64,000 nt of DNA. Origin: Neoconidiobolus thromboides FSU 785 (Eukaryota > Fungi > Entomophthoromycota). The stretch is from the NCBI GenBank assembly GCA_025603075.1, contig MU626301.1, positions 62,001 to 126,000 on the forward strand, read 5' to 3'. The first letter of the stretch is position 1. Each line of letters starts with the position of its first letter. The notes beneath the pieces are model-generated. The model saw only the letters and a list, made by a program, of their open reading frames with translations, made no database searches and had not been told where the DNA came from. Of the stretch, positions 25,892 through 36,910 are shown piece after piece. A program made the translations under genes and the position numbers.

Positions 25892-26932
25892 TTATGTTAC
25901 TATTTTCTCCTTATTATTAAATATAATTGAGTTGATTTGAGATCTACGCTTTGATGCCCTTTTCTGGAATGAAGCTGCATTGATTTTATTACTTTCTTTG
26001 ACTGGTATTTTAATTATTTTATCAGGATTGTCCAAATCTCTTACTTCGAAATGGTCAGCCATAAATGTTATCCTTTTATTTTTTATTTTATTAGTTTCTT
26101 TCATTTGAGCATCATTTTTGCTTAAACTTTCATCATGAACTAACAGTGGATTTAATTCTTCGGATAACTTATCTATTGTACCTGGAATCAATATTTGTCG
26201 AAATAAATAATGATCGGGTATCTCAATAATATTGTTTAATTCAGGTGGCAACATTATGTTGTTCTTTTTGTAATATTTTATAATAGCACTTTCAATATTA
26301 AATTTTTGTTCCTTTTCAGGCTCAAAGATATCCTTAATAGATTCAGCTGTTGTTAAAACTTGATTCCATAAATTTGAGAAGGAATTTACGTTTTCTTTAT
26401 CATTTCCTTTACCTTTTTTTTCATCGGTTGCTTTTAACTTTATTTTATCTTTGCTTAAATCTATCGATTTGTTTATCCTATCATTATTACTTTTACATTT
26501 ATGTTTCATAATATCACCAAAGATTACTTCCGAACAATCTGAGCACTTTAAGCCTATTTGATTAATATCCATTTCTTTATGTTCGCATATATGTAAATGC
26601 GGTAAACCTGATATCAACTGTAGGCAGTCTTTACACTTTACTGGCATAGAGGAAAATCTATTATGAATGCTAGTCTTACGCCGGTTTTCTCTACAGCTAT
26701 GTCTATCAACAAATTTCCCTGTTCTTCTACCACAATCTTTACAAATTACGCCGAGTTTCTCTTCCTCTTTTAATTGTTCTTTTTTTATCTCATTTGGTAT
26801 TTTAACTTCATTATTGACTTTAGTTGCATCTTCTTTGCTTATAACTTCTTTGTTTGATGAAGGAGATTCATTCAGAATAGTTTCTTTTAACTTTGATTCT
26901 ATATCTTGTAACAACTCTGTAAAAAAGGACAT
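25892..26932 (-). CDS. Uncharacterised protein with three CxxC-x(10)-HxC putative zinc fingers; weak Mso1-like segment
   Basis: CKDCGRRTGKFVDRHSC, CKDCLQLISGLPHLHIC, CSDCSEVIFGDIMKHKC, then IESAIIKYYKKNNIMLPPEL. Long intronless ORF; first ATG at 26932. Confidence 0.6.
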   Translation of the reverse strand: MSFFTELLQDIESKLKETILNESPSSNKEVISKEDATKVNNEVKIPNEIKKEQLKEEEKLGVICKDCGRRTGKFVDRHSCRENRRKTSIHNRFSSMPVKCKDCLQLISGLPHLHICEHKEMDINQIGLKCSDCSEVIFGDIMKHKCKSNNDRINKSIDLSKDKIKLKATDEKKGKGNDKENVNSFSNLWNQVLTTAESIKDIFEPEKEQKFNIESAIIKYYKKNNIMLPPELNNIIEIPDHYLFRQILIPGTIDKLSEELNPLLVHDESLSKNDAQMKETNKIKNKRITFMADHFEVRDLDNPDKIIKIPVKESNKINAASFQKRASKRRSQINSIIFNNKEKIVT

Positions 26933-27635
26933 AACTTGTATAAAAAGCAATAAAAATAAATAAATTAAAATGATAGAACCATGAGTTAGGCTTATTTATA
27001 TGTCATAGCGCTTATTAACTAAAGTAATTCTTATTTATAAATAAGATGTTTCTATTAAAAGAAATAACATTTCTACAAGCCAATCAAACCTACTTTTATT
27101 TCCTCTTGTAATATTAGGTTATTTATTATAGTGTCATAGTTTTTGAATTAAAGAACAGATTATACTGTTGTTTGAGATTATAGCAGATTTAATCAAAAGT
27201 AATTTATTAAATTTTCGAATTTTATTTCCTAAAATAGACTAAAGTTCTCTCCAATTTGCCTAAAATTTTTAAATTATTTTCTATGTAGCCTTATAAAGTG
27301 GTCAGAAATATTATTATTATTATTTAACAAAATATATACTTTCTGATATTTAGAATACTTTTGCATATCTCGAAGGTTTTTTGGGTACATTATCATCTTC
27401 CTCTTATTATGAAAGGCGTGAACTTAATATATAACTAATCTCTGATTAATATTTTTAAAAAATCCATAATATATTTTTAATATTAGTTCATCATTTGCTT
27501 TAATTTTCAAAGCTTCAATAAAACACCGATATTTATTCATAGCATAACTATTTCATACTTAGCATTTAATCAATATATTGATTAAATTGATTTTATTGCT
27601 TAGATAATATCAATTACAGTGATGGTTTTCAAAGT

Positions 27636-27738
27636 ATGAGGATGTGTTTTTGTGTTTAAGAATTTTACTAACAAATTTTCCACGCAAATAGCGCTTAAAA
27701 AATGGAAAAAATAATGAAGTCAAAAAAAACACTCCCAA
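27636..27738 (+). mobile_element. MITE-like repeat copy
   Basis: atgaggatgtgtttttgtgtttaagaattttactaacaaattttcc...gaagtcaaaaaaaacactccc. Confidence 0.9.
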
Positions 27739-28055
27739 ATGGTAATTTATATTCTAATAAATTTGCACTATTTTTAAATAAAAATGTAGTATTTTTAGAT
27801 TTTAAAAATTATGACAATAATAAAACTGTTTTTTATCTGTTTATTTAGAAATCAATAAGCTTTAATATCAAACATATTAAAAAACCAACTTGGCCTAAGT
27901 ATTCTAGTCTATCTTATCTGTCTTTCAATATATAATGCAGCGTAACCATTTATGAAACATAAAGACTTGGAAAGCTTTATTATTTTTAATATACTTGTAA
28001 AAATTATCACTTAATAAGAGCATTTAGAAATCCAAGGATTTATTGATTAAACATT

Positions 28056-28472
28056 TTAACAAACACAAACACATCCATCACAACCACCTCCTCCATCACA
28101 ACCACCCCCTCCATCACAGCAACCACCTCCTCCATCATAGCAACCACCTCCTCCATCACAACCACCTCCTCCATCACAGCCATCTCCTCCATCACAGCAA
28201 CCACCATCACCACAGCAGTCATCATTATCAGTAGGAGTATAAGGGTTATAAAAGAAAACACAACAGGTAGTATCGATAGTATTGACTAAATGACCATCTT
28301 TATTGCTGGGTCCAGATTTTCTTGTCTCAGAATTCATTTTAAGAGAGCTTGGTTGATTTTTTATGATTGTGTTGCTTGAATCTATATCCAAATTAGTCCT
28401 TTTTATTTCATCCGATTGGACTTCTTCAACTTCATTAACATTGTTATCAGAGTTTAAACCCTTTTCTATCAT
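28056..28472 (-). CDS. Small protein with a Cys/Gly/Asp-rich repeat tail ending CVCVC
   Basis: 138-aa ATG-initiated ORF: a polar N-terminal half, then TTCCVFF..DDCCGDGGCCDGGDGC(DGGGGC)n..DGCVCVC. The GC-rich repeat stands out from its AT-rich flanks. Confidence 0.65.
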   Translation of the reverse strand: MIEKGLNSDNNVNEVEEVQSDEIKRTNLDIDSSNTIIKNQPSSLKMNSETRKSGPSNKDGHLVNTIDTTCCVFFYNPYTPTDNDDCCGDGGCCDGGDGCDGGGGCDGGGGCYDGGGGCCDGGGGCDGGGGCDGCVCVC

Positions 28473-28858
28473 TTATTAAAAAGTTTGTTCTTTTATTTAT
28501 TAAACTACGTTAGTATCTGTCCACCTATATATATTGTTTTCCACATATCATTAGAAGTATTATTATTGCTATTAACTAAAAAAAACTAACATAATGAGCT
28601 AAATTTAAATATGACAATATGGTCATAAATATTTAAATTTTACAATTTTTATCAAATTTAGCCGCTATATTTATAATTTATGGAAACAAATTTGATCTAT
28701 TTTTAAATATTTTATAATAGTTTAACTAGCTATTATTTCCTTTTTGTTCTAAATTAAAATACAACAAATTTAATCAATTTAATAAAAGATACGTATAAAA
28801 CACATGTCAAAACAGATTAAAAATAACTTCAAATAACAAATTCTTAAAATAAAACAAC

Positions 28859-28960
28859 ATGGGAATGTTTTTTTTGACTTCATTATTTTTCCATTTTTTA
28901 AGCGCTATTTAAGCAGAAAATTTGCCAGTAAAATTCTTAAACACAAAAATACATCCCCAT
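28859..28960 (-). mobile_element. MITE-like repeat copy
   Basis: atgggaatgttttttttgacttcattatttttccattttttaagcgctatttaagcagaaaatttgccagtaaaattcttaaacacaaaaatacatccccat. Confidence 0.9.
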
Positions 28961-29408
28961 ATGATTATAATTTACAAATAGTATAACAAGAGTTATAGCA
29001 ACTATAGTTATCAAAAAAGACGCTTTTCGAAAACACAATAAAAAATTATGATCAAATAATGCAAAAATACATATACTCATTAGATTATTGTATAGTTATA
29101 TTATTGTCTGATTTTGCTTTTAATATTATTAGTTAGATTTCTAGAACTATAAACTTTTATAATTTTGTAAAAATAAATGTAACTTTAATTTTTATGAGTT
29201 TCAAAAATTAATTTTTTATCTGACATATATACATCTAAGATGTTTAAAAGTAAATAACATATTGATTTTTTTGTTTTCTTTGTTTTCTTTACAAAATTAT
29301 ATTACTATTTTTAGAAGTAGGATTGTTCTTAGAGCAATATCCCATAAATTAACAAAATCATTAAGTCCGAAATTAAATTATAAAAATATTAGTTATTAAT
29401 TTAATAAA

Positions 29409-30220
29409 ATGCCAAAATCAAGACGTTCCAAAGTTGGTAAGTAAACAGTTAGAAGATGAAATATAATAGCTAACTTGTAGTGAATAGTTTCATTGACCCA
29501 AGTCAAACCTGGAACAAGAAAAGACAAAGAAGAGCTTATTGAAGTGGTAATATTTTTTTAAAATAGTAATGATTTGTATTAAAGTTTTAACTAGATTGAA
29601 GAATGTATCAATAATTATTCTTATATTTATATTTTCAAAGTTGAGAATATGCGTAACAGTTACTTGAAAGAAGTTCGTGAAGCCTTAAAACCTGGTCGTA
29701 TATTTTTAGGAAAAAATAAAATTATGCAAAAAGCTTTAGGACAAACTGAGAGTGATGCTAAGAAATTAAACTTGGATAAATTTTCAAAGGTATTGCTCTA
29801 TTTAATAGATATTAAACTTTATTTAACAAAAACTAGTTACTTGAAGGTGAATGTGGATTATTATTTACTGAAGCTAAACCAGAAGAGATCACTGCTTATT
29901 TTAAAGAATTTAGAAAAGCTGATTATGCTCGTCATGGCTTTATTGCTGATAAAGAAGTCAAATTACCAGCTGGTATATTATACCGTGGAGATGATACATT
30001 TCCACATAACATGGAGCCCCTTTTACGTGGATTAGGCTTAAATACCCATATTGAACGTGGTAATGTGTGTATTTCAAATGAACATACAATTTGTAAGCCT
30101 GGAGATAAGCTTACTGTACAACAAGCTGATTTACTTAAACATTTTTATCACCAATTTGCCGAGTTTCATATCGTTCCTCAATATTATTACCATGAAGGAG
30201 CTGTTACTAAAATTGAATAG
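29409..30220 (+). CDS. MRT4: Ribosome assembly factor Mrt4 (uL10 paralog)
   Basis: MPKSRRSKVVSLTQV, VENMRNSYLKEVR, RIFLGKNKIMQKALG, HNMEPLLRGLGL, KLTVQQADLLK. Confidence 0.93.
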
Positions 30221-30461
30221 AGATAATATGACTTTCTAAGTGATATCAAAATACAGTATAGAAGTATACTTTTAATTCGTTGAACAATCTTTTCCATAAA
30301 ATATAAAGCATATTTATAGATTTTTAAAATAAAATAATGAATTTATAGTACTAATTAATTATTTGAAGTATTTTTATGTATATTTATAAAGTAATTTAAA
30401 ATAAATTTGTAAACTAACTCTAAATTATTTTCGCTTACTCTTTACTTGAACTTTTATTTTA

Positions 30462-31171
30462 CTATGGTTCTACTCCCATTAAATACTCCAAATCCACTTC
30501 TCTCAAATTTTCCTTTATCCTTTGATCTTCTGGTGCTTCCATCAATTCATCGATATTACATCTAAAATCAGTAAATACTGGAAACGCACGGAATAAAACT
30601 TTAGCTTTAATCAAACCCATTGGCAATGGCCCATAGACTCTAGAATCGGTAGAATTGGTGCCATTATCTCCTTGTACCCAAACTCTGCCTTTTGGTAACT
30701 TTATGGATATTATTAATTTTGATGAAAATAATAATGCTTAATTTACTTTTAAATATTCCCTATACTCTGGTGGCGAAGTTGGATTTATACATATTGTATT
30801 ACCAGGCTATTTATATTTTTATATTATTAAAATTTAAACTGCATTTATGATATTACATACCATCCCTATTATTCTTTTACATGCAGTAATATGTGGATCA
30901 GCAGGGGAGGTGAACACAATCAAATCTCCAATGCTCAGTTTTTGTATTCTTGGGCTAATTTTATCTAATAAAAGGTAGTCACCATAAATGTTTAAGGTTG
31001 GTAACATTGATGGACCATAACACTAATTTTTAATTATTATTATTATAAAACGATAGTGATTACCTCTCCTAGTTCATAAAAATTTGAATTGTAAATATGC
31101 GCAAAACAACCAATTTGTATTATCTTTGGTACGTAATACTTTATCAACCCAATACTTTTTCGAAATACCAT
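30462..31171 (-). CDS. IMP1: Mitochondrial inner membrane peptidase subunit Imp1 (S26); not in ORF track
   Basis: Catalytic Ser in GPSMLPTF and Lys in ACKRIIGM; LPKGRVWVQGDN..NSTDSRVYGPLPMGLI. The Imp1 versus Imp2 call rests on the GPSMLPTFN/SPADP pattern. Confidence 0.85.
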
Positions 31172-31291
31172 TACTAACTTTGTTTCGTATTTTTATAACT
31201 AAATCTATTTTTTATTGCAAAATAAAATGCAAAAACTAGTTTAAATAGTCGAAATTTCAAACTTCAACTTGATTATCTTTATAGAAATAAA

Positions 31292-32257
31292 ATGAGTTAT
31301 ATTAGAAATACTAAAGGATTGTTGTTAAATGGCTATAGAAACAATTTAAACAAAAGTTTGAACATTTTGAATATAAAAAATGTTGCATCATGTAATGCTA
31401 TATTAAATAAGCAACCTACACGCTTATTTTCTAGTGCTCCTATTGCTTATGCACAACAACCTACACGTTTTATTGTACAAGACTTTGGGGTTTTTGGTAA
31501 ATTCGATATTCTTTTAGCAAAACAAGTAACTAATTTTAAAGACGATTATATCCCTATACCAAAAAATGAAAAGCCTTCATTGATGACACCAGAAGGTCGT
31601 AAACTTTTTTTGAAGAACATGAGATTTTCAATGGGAAATTTATTTGGGTATGTATTAAATTCTACTTAGTAGTTTATGCTAATGTTTTTATTAGTGTTGG
31701 TTTAGTTAAAATGAGTGTTAAAGGATGGAAACCAAAAGTATTTGCTGAGGAAGCAGAGCTTCTATATAAAGCAATGAATGAAGCATATGCAAAGTAACAT
31801 ACTATTATATTTATTAGATGATAACTAATTGTTATATTAGAGGTGATCTTGAAACTTTACAAGTAATTTCTACTCCAACTTATTTCCAAGTAAGCATATG
31901 TTAGTTGCTATTTAAAAAACTTTTTTAATAATTAAATAGAAAATGAAATCGGAAATCAAAGGAAGAACAGGGAGATTTGAATGGAATTTAGAAAAGCGCA
32001 TAGAAGATCCAAGGGTTATATCAGTAAGAGTAGGCCGTATCGCTGATGGATTAACTTTAAGCCAAGTAGTTGTTAAAATTAGCAACCAACAAAGTTTATC
32101 AGCATTTGATAAAAGGGGTAAAAAGGTAGGATCTCAAGAGCAAAATGTAGAAGAGTATGTAGTGTTTCAACGTATGATTTCTAGCCCTGATTCCAACTGG
32201 CAGCTTTATGGTAAAGTTATACCAAAACCTTTAAATCAACTTCTGATCAAGAAATAA
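31292..32257 (+). CDS. MBA1: Tim44-like domain mitoribosome protein mL45/Mba1
   Basis: Mitochondrial presequence; FAEEAELLYKAMNEAYAKGDLETL..ISTP, then SQVVVKI..QQSL...EEYVVFQRMI....WQLYGKV (Tim44-like C-terminal domain). Confidence 0.72.
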
Positions 32258-32433
32258 TTGAATAAACTTTTAAATGATTAGAATTTGAAAAATTATCGTT
32301 TTAGACTATACTTTAGTTCATTGAAATAAAATTTAATAAATTGTTAAAATTGTCAAAATTGTTAAATAAAATAAAATAAAATAGACGTTGTATTTGTATG
32401 GTTATATTTTAGTTAAATTCCTAGTTGAATTAT

Positions 32434-32748
32434 TCAATCTTCATAACCGGAAGGAAAACTACGAGCATGTTTAGGAACTAATTAAAAATTAAAAATTGGT
32501 TTTAAAGTAATGGTAATGTTTCTTTACGTGGATAAGATGTAGGAATATCAGCTGGCTTTTTATGACCTAATACATTGCGACGAAATGATGGTACAGTAAC
32601 AACTGCTATTGGACCTATTTTAACAAAGAAATGAGCTTGTTTTTATATTTTTATTCCCTTTAGTATTACCAACTGCTGCCAAAGCTAATGATGTAAAGTA
32701 AACTGGATACTCTAAAGCGTAATATTTTATTACTCTACCAATACTCAT
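32434..32748 (-). CDS. NADH:ubiquinone oxidoreductase 9.5 kDa subunit (NDUFA3-like), 3 exons; not in ORF track
   Basis: Spliced product MSIGRVIKYYALEYPVYFTSLALAAVGPIAVVTVPSFRRNVLGHKKPADIPTSYPLPKHARSFPSGYED; the GP..VP.RR..G..IP.SYP.P..R..GY.D pattern is typical of the fungal 9.5 kDa subunit. Confidence 0.8.
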
Positions 32749-33909
32749 TTTTTATAAAAAATTAAATAAATCTAATCTTCAATTGAAACTTAACTACTCA
32801 TTAGTTAGTAGTTAAAATAAAAAAATGTATTTTGATTAGTTATAAAAATATCTATATTGACTATGATTGGTTATTAAACAAAAGTGATTTCTGTTATTTA
32901 CTATGAGCCCTTATTTAACAACTTAGCATTCAGCTCGAAAATAACAACTATAATATTGAATAAAGAATAACTAAATTAAAAATATATTAAAAAATATAGT
33001 ATTAGTATTACTTTTACTAGAACTACTGTTTTTATACTAGACTTTAAAAATCCATAACTATTTTTGATTACAAAAATATAATGGAACTATACCTTGGCTA
33101 TTAAATGTGTCAATATTAATGTATGTCTATTAGAACTTAGATGTTGACCTCAGTTATTTTTCCAAAAAACCTAACTTATAGTTTAAAAGAGTATACAGGG
33201 TCAAAATATTTTATTAGTTTCATATAGAAAAGAACACAATGTAATGGGAAATGTATAAAAAAAATTGATGAAAAAACAATAAAAATAAGCTATATTAGTA
33301 AAGTATTATAATATGAGAAAAAACTATTTTTGATAAATAAAAAAGGAAGAAAGAAACTACAATAATATTAGTATTGTGAAGCGTGATTGCATTTTGAACA
33401 CTTTCTTTTATAGAGTAGCTCAAGTAGTGTTGTTGAAAATATAAATATATACATACATTGTTTCAGTTAATGATGATTTCCTAAAAAACACCTTATATTC
33501 CGAAAATAATTTGAGAGCTGTTGTAATGAAGTGGGTACACTTAGGAGGGATAGTTCTAGAGCTATAAAATAAGGCAAGGTTGCATAGAGTTAACTTTTGA
33601 CTCAGTAGAGTATAATTTTTTTGAATACTCAATAACTTTAGTGAATATGGAGGGATCAAGATATTCAGATGAGAGTTAATTGATTAAAATCATGTTAAAT
33701 AAAAGACGAGTTTTAAAACAGTTGTGGATAATACAAAGAAAACTAACTAACTTTAATAGATATATTTATTTCTAGTTTTCACAGTTAGCTATTTCTAGTA
33801 AAATATTTGATGTTATAGGTTAATAATAAATTTTAAAAAGACCAGATTATTAATTTGACATAAGCACAAAGTGTACAATCTACCTTTTTATTTAAAAAGA
33901 ATATATGCT

Positions 33910-34844
33910 TTAATTATCTTTTTTGCTATCTGCTAAATATTTTGATCTTTGTTTGATCATATATGTATATAACTGGATAAATCCTAATAAATGAATGAGT
34001 GATTATAGCTTAAAATATAACAGAGTATTTACCAAAGGGATAAAAGCACAAAATAGCGAGTAATGCGTAATATAATGGAAGAGAAATATCTTTGATTACT
34101 AGGCGAGCTTGGTATGCAACTATCACTTCACTGCTAGCTCCAATAGGATAAAGTACATAGAAGAAAGTATATCTAATTAAAACAGTTGAATAGTTAGATC
34201 AAAAAAAAATATACAGTTTATATAACTACCTGCACCATTCAAGGACACCCGGAATATAGCCAATTAATCCAAAAAAGTAGTACAAATAACGGATGACTTC
34301 GGTAATACACCACGCTAAAGTCATTGAAGTAAGTGCCCAGTGCTCAGTAACCTAACCATATTAATTGTTTTTTAATATCTTTATACAAGTCATTTACCTC
34401 TTTAATAGGGAAAAAATAAACGATGCCAACAGCTAATAATAAGCGAGAGAATACTTGCATAATAGTAGTAAGTAATGGGGAGCGCACGAAACCTACTTTA
34501 GATTAGATCTTTGTCATTTTTACACTATTATAAATGTTTACGGAATAAAGAATGGAAAATCTAAAGATAAATTAAATGAGATAAAAAGTAAGGAAATAAT
34601 AAATTACTTCTAATATTGCTAAAGATTGTACAATAGGCAAATCGACCGCTGCATTAGCGTAAGTTTTTTTGAAATCACCTTTATTCTTTATGAGTGAGTT
34701 AACGGTATTGAATAAAACAATCCCCCATAAAGTTGCGCATATTATATTATATGATATAAGGTAAAGCCTAATTAAGAAGTTTGGACCTCTTTTTACTTTT
34801 TTAATTTTACTTGATTGTGATCGCTTTTGTATTTTAGTAGCCAT
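33910..34844 (-). CDS. PHS1: Very-long-chain 3-hydroxyacyl-CoA dehydratase
   Basis: YLISYNIIC, VQSLAILE, RSPLLTTIMQVFSRL, AWCITEVIRY, RYTFFYVLYPIGASSE (catalytic Tyr/Glu), YMIKQRSKYL. Confidence 0.9.
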
Positions 34845-35221
34845 TCTTTGATTAAAAGATGAAATATACGTAGTTTTGATTTTTCGATTTTGTAATTATA
34901 TTTTATCCAATAAAAATTTAACATTTTATATATTTGAATTTTAGATAACAAAAGTCCTTGATGACATTAGAAAATCGGAGTTTCTATTTTAGATTTATTT
35001 CCCTATCTACACTTTTAAAATGTTATGGATATGTGTATATTAAAATATATATGTTCATGTACTTATTATAAATTCAAAATTGGAACAACTAGTCTGCATA
35101 TAAGAGACTAATAGACAAAGAATAAATGTTCATGGCATAATTTAACAAACATTCTTGTATTTATCATCTTCAGGAGTAAAAATTTTAGTGTCTAAATAAA
35201 ATAAATTTGAAATATTATCAT

Positions 35222-35323
35222 ATGGGGATGTATTTTTGTGTCTAAGAATTTTACTGACAAATTTTCTGCTTAAATAGCGCTTAAAAAATGGAAAAATAAT
35301 GAAGTCAAAAAAAACACTCCCAT
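35222..35323 (+). mobile_element. MITE-like repeat copy (near consensus)
   Basis: atggggatgtatttttgtgtctaagaattttactgacaaattttctgcttaaatagcgcttaaaaaatggaaaaataatgaagtcaaaaaaaacactcccat; ATAT on both flanks. Confidence 0.9.
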
Positions 35324-35910
35324 ATTTAAGTTTACAATTTATTTTTTTCTAATAATTATTGTAAGTCAGTATTAAAAGTTTGTTAAATTGGAGATTAGAA
35401 ATATTATGCTCACTAATAATGAAAACATAAAAAAATGACTTTGAAGTAAAAATCTTCTGTCTTCTAAAATGATTTTTGTTGTGGTACGTTTTATTACAGT
35501 ATTAGACAAACTATTAAGCTTCAAGTATAATTTATATCGTTATTAGCACATTAAAAATAATTAGATCAACAGTATATTCATATACTTATATAATAAAAAA
35601 TTTTAATAGAAAATCTCCAAAGCTTTTACTATTTTTTCTAATATTAATATTTCTTTATCAAAAAGAGTCATATATACAAGCACATTTTATAGAGAAATAT
35701 AGTGAATGATATGATTATTTCTAGATCATGATAGATATTCAGTGTATATTTTGTAGCTAATTTATTAAATAGTAGATATAGTTATATTAACATTTAGTAT
35801 ATTTTTGATGTTCTTTAATTATAATGTTAGTTAATTGGTGCAAACTAAATTTATAGATTTAAAATTCAAAACGTAATTCAAAAAATCAACTTTTAATTCA
35901 ATTAAAAACA

Positions 35911-36531
35911 ATGGGAAATTCACAATCTTTGACCATAGATGACATGGTGAGCTCTTCTAACTGTAAATATGTTTTTACGCTTTTTATTTTATATTCTAAT
36001 AGAATGATTTATAGTTACTGCAGAAGAGATTACTAGGCTTTATAAAAGATTCAATAAATTAGATAAAGATGGCTCTGGAGCTATTGATAAAGACGAGTTT
36101 CTTTCAATACCACAAATAGCTTCAAATCCATTAGCTGCAAGGCTTATTGATATCTTTGATGAAGATAATGGTGGTGATGTTGATTTTCAAGAGTTTATTA
36201 ATGGTGTTTCTACTTTTTCTGCAAGAGGAAATAAGGAAGAGAAGCTTAAGTGTAATAATTAGATTATGTTTGTTAAAAATCATTAATTTTTTTAGTTGCT
36301 TTTAAGGTTTATGATATGGATAGAGATGGGTTTATTTCAAACGGCGAATTATTTTTAGTCCTTAAAATGATGGTAGGGAACAATTTAAAAGAAGAACAAT
36401 TGCAGCAAATTGTTGATAAAACTATCATGGAAGCTGATAAAGATGGGGATAATAAGATATCCTTTGAAGAGTTCTGTTCTTTTGTTGAAAAAACTGATGT
36501 TGCTAAACAACTAACTTTACATGATATATAA
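35911..36531 (+). CDS. CNB1: Calcineurin regulatory subunit B
   Basis: N-myristoylation-type MGNSQS; four EF hands ([36 protein letters not shown]); 3 exons. Confidence 0.96.
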
Positions 36532-36910
36532 ATTTGGTTTATTTAAATGAAGTTTTATTTTCTATTTTTTTTAATATAAATTTTCAATATTTTTGTAAAA
36601 ATTGTTTAATTGTGCTATTATTTTTATTAATTTTAATATACAATTGAGGTTTAAAGTTTTCATATTACTAATAAGTAAAAGTGCTTTTAGATTCTATCAT
36701 ATGATATTCCATTAAACTATAAATTATATAAAGAAATGAATGTTAGTACTAGGTGTGTTTTATTTCAATATTTGCAGTAGATTTTTTTAAGTTTAAATAC
36801 CTAACTCTTGACAAAATAGTTGATAGTTTATTCATAATTATCCTTGTTTTATTGAAGTTAAATTATAAATTTATAGCTTTCAATTTTTGAACGTAATTTT
36901 TTTTAATAAA

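Noticed and set aside
28043-28261. His-rich (+) ORF and Met/Val/Glu-rich (-) ORF
   Set aside because: Alternative frames of the GGT/GAT/TGT repeat. The longer ATG-initiated 138-aa frame, with its non-repetitive N-terminus, explains them.
33420-33720. Slightly GC-richer patch with a 79-aa ORF on - and a stop-interrupted frame on +
   Set aside because: Looks like an unidentifiable pseudogene remnant. The box-C-like ATGATGA has no matching box D, so a snoRNA is not supported.
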